A stretch of DNA of 64,000 bases. Source: Terriglobia bacterium (GTDB lineage Bacteria; Acidobacteriota; Terriglobia; JAJPHL01; JAPKYU01). The stretch covers positions 1,696,001 to 1,760,000 of the forward strand of contig CBDBKE010000004.1 in the NCBI GenBank assembly GCA_965206645.1, read 5' to 3'. Shown here in pieces: positions 49,931-60,084 of this stretch. The position numbers were made by a program, and so were the translations under genes. How positions within the stretch are numbered: position 1 is the first letter of the stretch; each line of letters opens with the position of its first letter. The notes under the pieces are model-generated. The model was not told the origin of the DNA and ran no database searches. It saw only the letters and a program-made list of their open reading frames with translations.

Positions 49931-50863
49931 ATGAAGATCGGTATCGTCGGAGCCGGATTGGTCGGCAGCACCGCCGCCTACGCCATGGTCATGCGTGGGG
50001 TGGGTAGTGAATTGGTGCTAGTCGATCTACAACGCGCTCGCGCCGAGGCGGAAGCCGAAGACATTCTGCACGCCGCTCCCTTCGCCCATCCGCTGCGGGT
50101 GCGCGCAGGCGACTACCAAGACCTCGAAGGCGCTGGCATAGTGGTGGTCGCCGCCGGGGCCAATCAGAAGCCGGGCGAGTCGCGGCTGGACCTGTTGCAG
50201 CGCAACTACAAGGTGTTCGAGCAGGTCATTGGCCGCATCGTGGCCAACGCGCCAACGGCGATCCTGCTGATTGCGACCAACCCGGTCGATGTCATGGCAC
50301 AGGCCAGCATCCGCATCTCGGGCTTCTCGCGGGAGCGGGTGATCGGCTCCGGCACCATCCTGGACACCGCCCGCTACCGGTCGCTCCTGAGCCGGCATCT
50401 GGAAATCTCGTCGCAGTCGACCCACGCCTATGTGCTGGGCGAGCATGGCGACAGCGAGGTGCTGTGCTGGTCCTCGGCCACCGCCGGGACGACCCCCGTC
50501 CGCACCCTGGCCGAGGAGTTGGGACGACCGCTGACCCCCCAAGTGATGGCCGAGATTGACCGCGGTACGCGGGCCGCCGCGGCCACCATCATCCGCGGCA
50601 AGGGGGCGACCTATTATGGAATCGGCAGCGGCATCGCCCGGTTGGCCCAGGCCGTCGTCAACGACGAGGGCACCATCCTCACCGTTTCCGCTTTGTGCGA
50701 TGGCATCGCCGGGGTCCGCAGTGTATGCCTCTCGCTGCCGCGCATCGTCGACGCGCGGGGGGTGGTGCACGATATTACCCCGGAACTCGATGCAGCGGAG
50801 CACGAGGCGCTGGCGCACAGTGCCTCGATCCTGAAGGAAGCCGCGGAGGCCATCGGCGTCTGA
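49931..50863 (+). CDS. ldh: L-lactate dehydrogenase
   Basis: GAGLVG, GANQKPGESRLDL (Gln at the specificity position, LDH rather than MDH), SGTILDTAR, GEHGDSE, KGATYYGI. Confidence 0.92.
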   Translation: MKIGIVGAGLVGSTAAYAMVMRGVGSELVLVDLQRARAEAEAEDILHAAPFAHPLRVRAGDYQDLEGAGIVVVAAGANQKPGESRLDLLQRNYKVFEQVIGRIVANAPTAILLIATNPVDVMAQASIRISGFSRERVIGSGTILDTARYRSLLSRHLEISSQSTHAYVLGEHGDSEVLCWSSATAGTTPVRTLAEELGRPLTPQVMAEIDRGTRAAAATIIRGKGATYYGIGSGIARLAQAVVNDEGTILTVSALCDGIAGVRSVCLSLPRIVDARGVVHDITPELDAAEHEALAHSASILKEAAEAIGV

Positions 50864-51024
50864 CAGGCCCAGGCTCCCTCCAATCCCCAAGCCTCCCTCA
50901 GGACAGACGCGCGTTGGGCCTGCGGAGAGCCGCGCACAATCCTTCGGCAAATGCCCGGACCGCCCGCCGACCCGCCTGGACGGGTCGGGGACGGCCGAGC
51001 GTGCGGCTTCAGGCTTCTCCAGAG

Positions 51025-52443
51025 TTACAGATCGTAATAGAGGAAGAACTCGTAGGGCACAGGGCGCAGGTTCACCGGGGCCAGTTCACGTTCGCGCTTA
51101 TAGGTGAGCCAGGACTCGATCACGTCGGGCGTGAACACATCGCCGGTCAGTAGCCAGTCGTGGTCCTTCTCCAGCAAGTCCAGCACCTCGCCGAGAGAGC
51201 CCGGGGTGCTCTGGATTTTGGCGGCTTCCTCCGGTTCCAGGTCATAGAGGTCTTTGTCAATCGGCTCGCCGGGATCGATCCGGTTCTGGATTCCGTCCAG
51301 ACCTGCCATCAACTGTGCGGCAAAGCAGAGATAGGGGTTGGCCGAGGGGTCCGGAGGCCGGAACTCGATTCGCTTGGCCTTGGGGCTGGTCGAGTACATC
51401 GGAATGCGGACAGCCGCGCTGCGATTGCGGCGTGAGTAGGCTAGGTTGACCGGTGCTTCGAAGCCGGGCACCAGGCGCCGGTAGGAGTTGGTGGTGGGAG
51501 CGCAGAAGGCCAGCAGCACCGCGGCGTGCTTGAGCAGGCCGCCCGCGTACCACAGGGCCATCTGGCTCAGCCCACCGTAGAGGTCCCCGGCAAACAAGGG
51601 CTTGCCACCTTTCCACAAGCTCTGGTGGGTGTGCATGCCCGAACCGTTGTCGCCAAAGATGGGCTTGGGCATGAAGGTGGCCGTCTTGCCGTGCTTGCGG
51701 GCGACGTTGCGAATGATGTACTTGTACCACATCATGCTGTCGGCCAACTTGGTGAGGGGCCCGTACTTCATATCAATCTCGCCCTGGCCGGCGGTCCCCA
51801 CCTCGTGGTGATGCACCTCAACCGGAACGCCCACCTGTGCCAGTTTCAGGATGATTTCCGAGCGCATGTCCTGCATGCTGTCGGCCGGCGGCACGGGGAA
51901 GTAACCCTCCTTATGGCGCAGCTTGTAGCCCAGGTTGGGATTCTCCTCCCGACCTGAGTTCCAGATGCCTTCTTTGGAATCAATGAAGTAGTAACCGGAC
52001 TGTGCATTCTGGTCATAGCGGACATCGTCAAATATATAGAACTCCGCCTCTGGGCCCCAGTAGCTGGCATCGGCGATTCCGGTGCTCTTCAGGTGGTTTT
52101 CCGCCTTCTGCGCGATGTAGCGAGCATCGCGGGTGTAGCTCTGCAGCGTCACCGGGTCCTTCACGTTGCAGATCAAGTTCAGCGTGGGAACCTCCAGGGT
52201 GGGATCCATCTGGGCCGTCTCCGGGTCGGCGACCAGCAGCATGTCGCTTTCCTGGATGAGCTGGAAGCCGCGAATGCTGGAGCCATCGAAACCGATACCC
52301 TCTTCGAACAGGTCGTCGCTGAGGTCTTCAGCGGGGATGGAGAAATGCTGCCACACCCCGGGCAGGTCTACGAATCGGAAGTCCACAATTTGGGCCCCGG
52401 CGCCTTTTGCCAGTTTTCGAACATCGTCGGGAGTTTTGGCCAT
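51025..52443 (-). CDS. glnA: Type I glutamine synthetase
   Basis: [59 protein letters not shown] adenylylation-type loop. Confidence 0.97.
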   Translation of the reverse strand: MAKTPDDVRKLAKGAGAQIVDFRFVDLPGVWQHFSIPAEDLSDDLFEEGIGFDGSSIRGFQLIQESDMLLVADPETAQMDPTLEVPTLNLICNVKDPVTLQSYTRDARYIAQKAENHLKSTGIADASYWGPEAEFYIFDDVRYDQNAQSGYYFIDSKEGIWNSGREENPNLGYKLRHKEGYFPVPPADSMQDMRSEIILKLAQVGVPVEVHHHEVGTAGQGEIDMKYGPLTKLADSMMWYKYIIRNVARKHGKTATFMPKPIFGDNGSGMHTHQSLWKGGKPLFAGDLYGGLSQMALWYAGGLLKHAAVLLAFCAPTTNSYRRLVPGFEAPVNLAYSRRNRSAAVRIPMYSTSPKAKRIEFRPPDPSANPYLCFAAQLMAGLDGIQNRIDPGEPIDKDLYDLEPEEAAKIQSTPGSLGEVLDLLEKDHDWLLTGDVFTPDVIESWLTYKRERELAPVNLRPVPYEFFLYYDL

Positions 52444-52488
52444 ACCTAGCCTCCTTAGGTAGTTCGCAGCATAGATAAGCGACCGTCG

Positions 52489-52518
52489 TTTATACAATCC
52501 CCTCTCCCGGCGAGTCAA
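52489..52518 (-). promoter_or_regulatory. Putative sigma70 promoter of glnA
   Basis: Minus strand TTGACT, 18 bp, TATAAA, about 45 bp upstream of the ATG; AAGGAGG RBS. Confidence 0.55.
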
Positions 52519-52680
52519 GGCTCTTTCTCTGATGCCATCTATTCAGGAACATAATAGACATCCAGAAAGAGATCGCTTTGTGAGCACACTCGGCCCGCCA
52601 CTTTGAAAACTATGCGGACGGGATGGTGTGGTATACTCCGCGGAGGAGATCCAAGGGCAGAAGCCATCTGAAGGGGAGTC

Positions 52681-53136
52681 ATGGGATCCGCTTATTGGAC
52701 GCTGACGGTTGTTACGGCGGTTGCCCTGTTGGCGTTGCCGGTAGGCTTGGCTGAGGAAAGCTTGGCAAACGCCCAGGACGCCGCCGGAGTGCAAATGTTC
52801 TGGCGTCCTCACACCCCCAAGAGCGACGGCTCGTTGTTCGGAGCCCTGGGAGACTTCGGGCGCAGGAGCGAGGAGGATCGGCTGTTACGCTCGAGGGGAC
52901 TGATCCGGCCCTTACACTTCCGCTACAAGAATTTTACCTACGAACGCGACTATTTCCACCTCTACAAGGGGTTCCGACTGCACAGCTTTCTGGATGGAAA
53001 GGTGGACGTGGGGTTGTACAAACACAGCCTCTACCTGGGCTTGACACCGGGCCCGGCTGGGGCCTTCCTCCCCTCCAGCTCCAAGCGTCTGGAATTGATG
53101 ATCCGCTGGAACCTCAACCAACGCAGGACGCGCTAA
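52681..53136 (+). CDS. Hypothetical exported protein
   Basis: GGGGAG RBS, signal-peptide-like N-terminus, no recognised domain. Confidence 0.55.
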   Translation: MGSAYWTLTVVTAVALLALPVGLAEESLANAQDAAGVQMFWRPHTPKSDGSLFGALGDFGRRSEEDRLLRSRGLIRPLHFRYKNFTYERDYFHLYKGFRLHSFLDGKVDVGLYKHSLYLGLTPGPAGAFLPSSSKRLELMIRWNLNQRRTR

Positions 53137-53242
53137 GGCTACACGCTCTTCTCACTTCCCGCTGGCGACGCCACAGCCTCCGCCCTAGAGCTGCGCCTCG
53201 GAGGAAAGCCGGTTTCCTAGCCTAGCATCCTAAGAACGCAAG

Positions 53243-54514
53243 TCAGGCAGTTTGCTCTTGTGGCTTCACAGGGCGCACGGTTTCGCGCAAAGGCAGGATG
53301 CCCTCGCCGGGCTGGTGCAACCCAAGCAGAACCAGGAGCCAGCTTTGCAGATACTGGGGAAGGAGTGCGTTGGTCCGAACGTATTCTTGCGCCAAGACAC
53401 CCATGCGCGCCGCCAGAGCCCGATTGACCAGCAATTCGCGCAAGTACCAGGCGGTGCCCTCGATGGTGTTGACCAGGTAGCCTGTTTCCCCGTGGAGGAT
53501 TTGTCGACGGATGCCGCCGACATTTCCGCCGATGACCGGCTTGCATTTCCACATCGCCTCAGTCACCACCAACCCAAAGCCTTCGCGGATGGATTTTTGC
53601 ACCACCACGGTGGCGGCCCGCTGCAGGGCGTTGATCTCAAAATGGCTGTCCGGAGGTAGATCCAAAATGAAGACATTAGGATCTTCAGCAACCTGCTGCC
53701 GGACCTCGGCCAGCACCTCCTGGCCTTCCGGGTCGTCGGCCGCAGCCCCGCCAGCCAGCAGAAGCTGGCAATCCACCCATCTGCCTAGTTGCCGGTAGGC
53801 CTGGATAACTCCCACGGGGTCCTTGAGCCGATCAAAGCGCGAAACCTGCGCTACAATTGGGCGGCCCGGGTCCATGCCGAATTTCTTCAAAACATGAGTT
53901 ATTTCACTCTCAGTGAGCTCGCGGTTCTTCTCGGAAAACGGATCAATTGCCGGCGGGATGACGTACTGCTCAATGTGCAACTCCTGAGCATACTCGGGCA
54001 GGTGAAAGAGGGCCGCATTACAGCGTTCGACGTAGGGGCGAAGAAAACCCCAGACCATTGGATCCGCGTCGGAGAGATCAATGTGGCAGCGCCAGATCCA
54101 ACGGCCCGGATGCCCAGCCCGCATTTCGGCCAGCCCCGCCGGTTGAGGATCGTGCAACACGACGACGTCCGCCTTGGGATCCACCTTGGCATAGTTACTT
54201 TCCTGGACTTGCTTGTAACATTGCAGCATGGGCAGCGTGATCTGGGTGGGTTGCCCGTGCAGCCCGTTGTGAAACGCCTTCGTCACTTCGAAGAACTCCG
54301 GGGTGCCGTCGAGAACCGTCCAGGAAGCATCCAAGCCTAATTCCCGCATCAGTGGCACCAGCCGCATCAGAATTTCGGCCACGCCGCCCCCCAGCGCAGT
54401 GGAGTTGATGTGTTGTACTCGAAGCCCTTTCAAGGGAGCCGCCAGAAGCCGCAGGTCGTGGAGTTCGCCTTCGCCGACCAGTGGGGCGTAGTCCTCCAGG
54501 CGAATCGCACTCAT
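53243..54514 (-). CDS. treT: Trehalose glycosyltransferring synthase TreT (GT4)
   Basis: HINSTALGGGVAEIL, FFEVTKAFHNGLHG, HDPQP, WRCHID, QVSRFDRLKDP, QKSIREGFGLVVTEAMWK. Confidence 0.88.
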   Translation of the reverse strand: MSAIRLEDYAPLVGEGELHDLRLLAAPLKGLRVQHINSTALGGGVAEILMRLVPLMRELGLDASWTVLDGTPEFFEVTKAFHNGLHGQPTQITLPMLQCYKQVQESNYAKVDPKADVVVLHDPQPAGLAEMRAGHPGRWIWRCHIDLSDADPMVWGFLRPYVERCNAALFHLPEYAQELHIEQYVIPPAIDPFSEKNRELTESEITHVLKKFGMDPGRPIVAQVSRFDRLKDPVGVIQAYRQLGRWVDCQLLLAGGAAADDPEGQEVLAEVRQQVAEDPNVFILDLPPDSHFEINALQRAATVVVQKSIREGFGLVVTEAMWKCKPVIGGNVGGIRRQILHGETGYLVNTIEGTAWYLRELLVNRALAARMGVLAQEYVRTNALLPQYLQSWLLVLLGLHQPGEGILPLRETVRPVKPQEQTA

Positions 54515-55191
54515 GTCCCGCACCTCTGTCGTACGAGTTCGACGATCCGGCTCCGCACTTCGGGGAGGCTATTAAAGTAGGGGCTCAGCCGATTAATTTG
54601 CGCGGCCAGTTCCCCCTCTCCGAAGACAGTTTCCAACCACAGGGAATAGTCGTTGCTGGGAAGGCCCATTCGCAGGCGCGTCTCGATGAAGTGAAAGAAC
54701 AACGAGCTCAAGCTGGACCGCTCGATGCAGGCAGCCAGTTCGCGGAGATCGTGGGCTACCAGGCCGGTGGGGAAGACAAAGCTTTTCAAGGCAAGAAACC
54801 GAAATTCTTCGCCGTCGCGGACCCGCACCGAGTACTCGCTGCTCCCGACAGCCTCCTCCAGGTAGCGGATCAACCGCTCGCGCGTGGCCCGCACGCTGCC
54901 GAACTCTAAGGGGTCAATGACCGCCAGCCGCTCGGCCAGGCGCGGCTCCTGGAAATTCATGACCACCCAGCGGGCGAAGTCATTCTTGTATTCGAAGGTG
55001 GTGAAGTGCCGCCGCCGCAGGGCGTGGAAAAAGTGGTAGAAGATGGAAGCCCCGCTGACTTTCCGAATGCATTCCAGCAGGGAGCGAAGGCTGTCGGCCC
55101 GCCGGGGGGTGTACAGGGCTAGGTTGGATTCCGTGTAGAAGCGAAACGCGTCAACCACAGCTTTTTCCCACGCCTCCTGCTCCCCTCGCAC
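54511..55191 (-). CDS. DUF5752-family protein (TreT-associated, internally duplicated)
   Basis: Two repeats: SIFYHF...NDFARWV and SLFFHF...NDYSLWL; ATGA overlap with treT. Confidence 0.8.
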   Translation of the reverse strand: MRGEQEAWEKAVVDAFRFYTESNLALYTPRRADSLRSLLECIRKVSGASIFYHFFHALRRRHFTTFEYKNDFARWVVMNFQEPRLAERLAVIDPLEFGSVRATRERLIRYLEEAVGSSEYSVRVRDGEEFRFLALKSFVFPTGLVAHDLRELAACIERSSLSSLFFHFIETRLRMGLPSNDYSLWLETVFGEGELAAQINRLSPYFNSLPEVRSRIVELVRQRCGT

Positions 55192-55529
55192 CTGTCTGAT
55201 CGCGCTGTCCCTGTGCGGCCGTTTCCGTACCAGGCAGCTCCAAGCGCGCTGGAGAAAGTCGGAGAGCTTCTCCGGACGGGTCAGCCGGACTGGTTAGGTA
55301 GAAAGGCGCGCGCGAACTGCGCACCCTCTTGCCGACCCGCACCGCGAAGCCTCCTTGCGAGACCACGGCGAAAGCCGGCTCATCGCCCACGTCGTCGCCA
55401 AAATAAAATAGCACAGAGGGGCCGCTCCATACTAGGAGCCAGCCTTCCGTCGAAATCGAAGAGTAACAGCAGGGGGGGTTGTTCAAGCTCTCGTGATATC
55501 TGCGGCCAATGCCCCCAGGGGCTCCGCAT
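55151..55529 (-). pseudogene. otsB: Trehalose-6-phosphate phosphatase remnant (internal deletion and frameshift)
   Basis: HAD motif I LLLLFDFDGRLAP joined almost directly, in another frame, to motif IV YFGDDVGDEPAF...AVRVG. Confidence 0.75.
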
Positions 55530-57006
55530 GGCCCAGTTCCTCAGATAGATCGGAGAGCTTTTCCACGATGCGAGTAGCCCAGCAGTAAATGTTTTCCCGC
55601 GCCACCGTCTGTCGCAGTTGCCGCATGCGCAGGCGCGCCTCCTCAGGGTCCATTTCCAGGGCCCCCCGGATGGCTTCGGCAAACTCGTCGGTAGCGTAGG
55701 GATTGACCAGCACGGCCTCGCGCAGTTCTCGCGAGGCGCCGGTGAAAGGACTCAATAGCAGCACCCCGGCTTCGTCGAAACGGGCGCTGACAAATTCCTT
55801 GGCCACCAGGTTCATCCCGTCGTGCAGCGAGCTGACGATGCACAGGTCGGCCAGACGGTACAGGGCGTATAGACTGACCGGATCAAAATGCTCTTTGACG
55901 AACACGATGGGCTGCCAGCCCTCTCTCTGGTGCCTGTGGTTAATCTCCTCGACCAGCCGCTCCAGTTCTTCTTCCACCTGCTGGTACTGAGGAATGCGAG
56001 ACCGGGTGGGGACACCTGCCTGCATCAGGGTGAACCGGCCCCGGTATTCAGGGTACTTCATCAGAAACCGATCCACCGCCTGAAACCGCTCTGCGATTCC
56101 CTTCGTATAGTCCAGCCGATCGACACCGAGCGCCACGAATTGGCCCCTGAGTTGGAAGCGCCGGCGCAACCGACCCATCTCCGCACACACTTCGGCTGTC
56201 TCGGCTGCCTCCTGGATGGCCTCAAAGTCCACGCTGATCGGAAAGGAACGCACTTTCGTGGTTGCACCCTTGTAAGTCACCGCCCGCAGCTCGTTGTCCA
56301 CTCGGGCCTCCAGAACTCTGGCGACCGTGTCCAGAAAATTCATGCAGTGGTAGCGGAGATGAAAGCCCAGGATGTCGTTGCCCAGCAATCCCTCCAGGAT
56401 CTCCTCCTGCCAGGGGCAGATGCGGAAAACCTCCGGATTCGGCCAGGGAATGTGCCAGAACTGCGCGGTGATGGCGTCCGGGCAACGCTCCTTGATCATG
56501 CGCGAGAGCAAAGCCAGATGATAGTCCTGGATGAAGACAAAGGCGCGCTCCCCGCCAATCTCCTCGGCGATCGCGTCAGCAAACCGGGCATTGACCTCCT
56601 GGTAAGCTTTCCAGTGCGCTTCCTCGAAAACTGGCCGCTGGTAGACAACGTGGCACAAGGGCCACAAGGCTTGGTTCGCGAAGCCGTAATAGTACAGGTC
56701 TTCCTGTTCCTGGCTCAGCCAGACGCGCTTGAGGGTGTATCGGGGTCGCTTGGGAGGAACGGCGATCGAGTCGCGAAAGTCCACCACCTCCCGGTCCCCA
56801 TCCCCACTGCCGTGGGCCACCCACAGTCCGCGAGCCGCACGCAGGACGGGATCCAAGGCCCGGGTCACCCCACTAGCCGGCTGCACGCAAACAATCCGTC
56901 CGTCCTCCCAACGATGAACAAACGGCTCCCGGTTGGAAACCACCACGAACTTGCCACCGTTCAATCGCTCTAGGACGGTGTTCCTGAGGGTTTCCTCGGT
57001 ATGCAT
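55483..57006 (-). CDS. otsA: Trehalose-6-phosphate synthase (GT20)
   Basis: VVSNREP, YYYGFANQALWPLCH, QDYHL, FWHIPWP, GVDRLDYTKGI, SLHDGMNLVAKEF. Confidence 0.95.
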   Translation of the reverse strand: MHTEETLRNTVLERLNGGKFVVVSNREPFVHRWEDGRIVCVQPASGVTRALDPVLRAARGLWVAHGSGDGDREVVDFRDSIAVPPKRPRYTLKRVWLSQEQEDLYYYGFANQALWPLCHVVYQRPVFEEAHWKAYQEVNARFADAIAEEIGGERAFVFIQDYHLALLSRMIKERCPDAITAQFWHIPWPNPEVFRICPWQEEILEGLLGNDILGFHLRYHCMNFLDTVARVLEARVDNELRAVTYKGATTKVRSFPISVDFEAIQEAAETAEVCAEMGRLRRRFQLRGQFVALGVDRLDYTKGIAERFQAVDRFLMKYPEYRGRFTLMQAGVPTRSRIPQYQQVEEELERLVEEINHRHQREGWQPIVFVKEHFDPVSLYALYRLADLCIVSSLHDGMNLVAKEFVSARFDEAGVLLLSPFTGASRELREAVLVNPYATDEFAEAIRGALEMDPEEARLRMRQLRQTVARENIYCWATRIVEKLSDLSEELGHAEPLGALAADITRA

Positions 57007-57041
57007 ATATGATTTATTGTACTTCTGAAGGGGAGGGAGAC

Positions 57042-57069
57042 GGGTATCGGGTGGAAGTTGTATTTTGCC
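57042..57069 (-). promoter_or_regulatory. Conserved upstream motif GG-N2-AAATAC-N7-ACCCGATACCC (otsA operon)
   Basis: Same motif and spacing at 61704-61731, upstream of gpgS. Confidence 0.6.
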
Positions 57070-57117
57070 AATGGGATTCCGCTACCCCAAGCAGAGGGGG
57101 TCCTACCATGGCAGTAA

Positions 57118-59169
57118 CTAGGTATTGTGCATACGAGGGTCCCGGGGATCGTCGGGAGGTGGCTGTGCCGCCACGGCCCCGGAATCCTTCACAAAGAACG
57201 CAGCCACCGCGGCTAGTTGCTCGGGCCGGCCCAGCAGCAGAACTCTATCTTCTTCCCCAATCACCTCACTGGAGGCTGGGTTCACCACCAGGTTCCCATC
57301 ACTCCGCTGAATGGCTAAGACCGTGGTCCCGGTGTTCTGTCGGATGCCGGATTCCGCCAACCGCTTGCCTACCACCCGGCTGCCAGAGTCTACGCGATAG
57401 ACCTCCATTGCCAAATTGCGGAGAAACCGCTGCACCCCTTCGGCCGGGCGGTGAGCCGCGTAGAGCGTCCGGAACATTTCGTACCCGTCCCGGCGAACCT
57501 CACCGACGCACCGCTCGATGATGTCCCTTGGAACGAGATATCGGTGAAGAACTCGGGAGAAGATCTCGATCGAAGTCTCAAACTCCTCCGGGACCACCTC
57601 GTGGGCGCCGACCGCCACCAGCGGCTCCATTTCCTGCAAGTACCGGCTTCGCACGATGATGTAGGCTGCCGGATTTAGACGGCGAGCGATGTCCGCAGTA
57701 CGCCGGCTGGCCGCCGCATCGGAAATGGCGACCACCACCACCCGAGCTTTCGCAATGCCGACGTGGCGCAGAAGATCGGCGTGCGTCGCATCCCCGTAGA
57801 CAACCGCGACACCCTTCTCGCGAGCGGCCCTGGCGACGGCCGGGTTCATTTCCAACACGATGAACGGGATCCCAACGTGCTCCAGAACACGGGCCAGGTT
57901 GCGCCCATTCAGTCCGTAGCCGATTACGACGACGTGATCTTCGAGCAGCCGCACTTTGTCCGCGTCGGCCAACGGCAGTTCCCTGCCAGTCGCCCAGCGA
58001 CCGGGAACGCGGGGCTCCAGCCAGCCGGCCAACCGGCGGGCGGCAGCGCCCAGCGCCGGCGTGAGCGCCATCGTGCCAACCGCCACAGCCAGAAACAACT
58101 GGTTCAGGCGGTCATCCAGCAGCCCCGCCTGCAGACCCACCTTGGACAACACAAACGAGAACTCGCCGATTTGTGCCAGCCCAAAACCGGTGAGCACAGC
58201 CACTCGCATGGAGAAGCCCAGAGCGAACGTCACACTGGCGGCCACGCCGGCCTTTATCACAAGAATCGCCAGCATACTTCCTACGACCGCCACCGGGGAC
58301 AACAACAGGGTGCGCACGTCAAATAGCATCCCAATGGAGATGAAGAACAGGCTGTTGAACACCTCGCGGAAAGGAAGCACCTCGCCCAGCGCCTGGTGGC
58401 TGTACTCCGACTCGGAGATAATCAGCCCGGCGATAAAGGCGCCCAAGGCCAGCGACAGGCCCACCTGGGCGGCCGCCCAGGCCGCACCCAGGCACAACAG
58501 CATGATCGTCAGAAGAAAGACCTCGCGCTTGCGGGTCTCGACCACCTGGTGGAGCAACCAGGGAATCAGATAACGGGCGCCGACTATAGCCGCGATCACG
58601 AACATGAGCGCCTTGGCGGCAACCAGGGCCACGGCAGCCACCTCTACTCCCGGTCCCGCCAAGAAAGGGGCCAGCAGGAGCATGGGGACGATGCAAAGGT
58701 CTTGGAAAATGAGAATGCCCAGAGACGTTCGACCGTGAGGGCTGTCCATCTCCCCGCGGTCGGCCAGCAGGCGCATCACGATCACCGTGCTGCTCAGAGA
58801 AACCAACATGCCTAGATAGATGGCCAACGCCAGGCTCATTCCCCACAGGCGCGCCAGTGCGAGGATGGCGGCCAGTGTCAGCGCCACCTGAAGCCCACCC
58901 CCCACTAGCAGGAAGGTCCGCAGGCGCACCAGTTTCTCGATGGAAACCTCAATCCCCACGGTAAACAGCAGGAGAACAACTCCAATCTCGGCAAGGAATT
59001 CAACTTCGTGGACACCGTCGATCAATCCAAACCCATACGGCCCGCAGACCACCCCGGTGATCAAGAAACCCACAACCGGCGGCAGATTGGCGCGATGGAA
59101 CGCAACCACCACCGCGATACTGAGGCCGAACAGGATCAGCAGATCCTGCAGGAAATTCAGTTCAGGCAT
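57118..59169 (-). CDS. CPA2 / Kef-type cation:proton antiporter with RCK_N and RCK_C domains
   Basis: AEIGVVLLLFTVGIE, SLSST, ILIFQD, LAQIGEFSFVL, VIGYGLNG, YGDAT, C-terminal TrkA-C. Confidence 0.93.
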   Translation of the reverse strand: MPELNFLQDLLILFGLSIAVVVAFHRANLPPVVGFLITGVVCGPYGFGLIDGVHEVEFLAEIGVVLLLFTVGIEVSIEKLVRLRTFLLVGGGLQVALTLAAILALARLWGMSLALAIYLGMLVSLSSTVIVMRLLADRGEMDSPHGRTSLGILIFQDLCIVPMLLLAPFLAGPGVEVAAVALVAAKALMFVIAAIVGARYLIPWLLHQVVETRKREVFLLTIMLLCLGAAWAAAQVGLSLALGAFIAGLIISESEYSHQALGEVLPFREVFNSLFFISIGMLFDVRTLLLSPVAVVGSMLAILVIKAGVAASVTFALGFSMRVAVLTGFGLAQIGEFSFVLSKVGLQAGLLDDRLNQLFLAVAVGTMALTPALGAAARRLAGWLEPRVPGRWATGRELPLADADKVRLLEDHVVVIGYGLNGRNLARVLEHVGIPFIVLEMNPAVARAAREKGVAVVYGDATHADLLRHVGIAKARVVVVAISDAAASRRTADIARRLNPAAYIIVRSRYLQEMEPLVAVGAHEVVPEEFETSIEIFSRVLHRYLVPRDIIERCVGEVRRDGYEMFRTLYAAHRPAEGVQRFLRNLAMEVYRVDSGSRVVGKRLAESGIRQNTGTTVLAIQRSDGNLVVNPASSEVIGEEDRVLLLGRPEQLAAVAAFFVKDSGAVAAQPPPDDPRDPRMHNT

Positions 59170-59433
59170 TGCTTCCCGTTTCCCCCGACATCAGAACCGA
59201 ATGTGCTCGCGCGAGGGCTGGTACCAGAGGTGATCTTCCTACTGGGAACTGCATCTCGGGGTAGCATTGTTCCTGCCGGCGAGCGACTCCGTGTCCCTTC
59301 TGCGCAGAAGTCCAGCAGGTTACTGAATTGCTCGGAGGAACCTCTTCTTGACATGGGGAGCGCGGCCGCTGCAACAACTTCGCCGGACCGCGACCCTGAG
59401 GAAACGCGAAGGCCAGCTCGCCTCTGCAGCCTG

Positions 59434-60084
59434 CTAGGAAATCACGCCCTTGCGGACCGCGTAGAGAACAATTTCCGCCGTGCTGTGCACATCCAACTTC
59501 TCCATAATGTGGGCGCGGTGGGTTTCCACGGTGCTGACACTCAGCGAGAGCAGGTCGGCCATCTCCTTGTTGCTGTGGCCCTCAGCAATCAGTTGAAAGA
59601 TTTCCCGCTCCCGTTCCGACAGGGAATCGTAGCGATCGGTGATTCCCCGCTCGGCCAGATGGCGCACATAATCATCCAGCATCACCTTGGCCACCGCCGG
59701 GCTGAAGAACGACTTGCCTTGCCCAACGGCAGCCACTGCCCGAATCAAGTCCGCATCGGCGGAATCCTTCAGCAGGTAGCCTTTGGCGCCCGCCTGCAAG
59801 ACTTGCAGGATGTAAGCCTCGTCCGAGTACATGCTCAGGATCAGCACCCGCACTTCGGGTGCCCGGCGGGTGATCTGGCCAGTGGCTTCGATGCCGTTCA
59901 GCAAGGGCATGGCAATGTCCAGAACGGCCACATGGGGCCTGTGTTCCAGCGCCAGACGAACGGCTTCGCGTCCGTCGCCAGCTTCACCCACCACCTCCCA
60001 GTCAGGCCGCTCTTCCAGGATTTTCCGCAGGCCCTGGCGCATCAGGGTGTGGTCGTCGGCTAGCAAAATGCCAAGTTTGGCCAT
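59434..60084 (-). CDS. NarL/LuxR-family response regulator
   Basis: LLADDH, VLDIAMP, GAKGYLLK, LSEREREIFQLIAEGHSNKE...TVETHR. Confidence 0.95.
   Translation of the reverse strand: MAKLGILLADDHTLMRQGLRKILEERPDWEVVGEAGDGREAVRLALEHRPHVAVLDIAMPLLNGIEATGQITRRAPEVRVLILSMYSDEAYILQVLQAGAKGYLLKDSADADLIRAVAAVGQGKSFFSPAVAKVMLDDYVRHLAERGITDRYDSLSEREREIFQLIAEGHSNKEMADLLSLSVSTVETHRAHIMEKLDVHSTAEIVLYAVRKGVIS

Noticed and set aside
50967-50988. Intrinsic terminator between ldh and glnA
   Set aside because: An 8-bp GC hairpin is present but there is no U-tract on either strand
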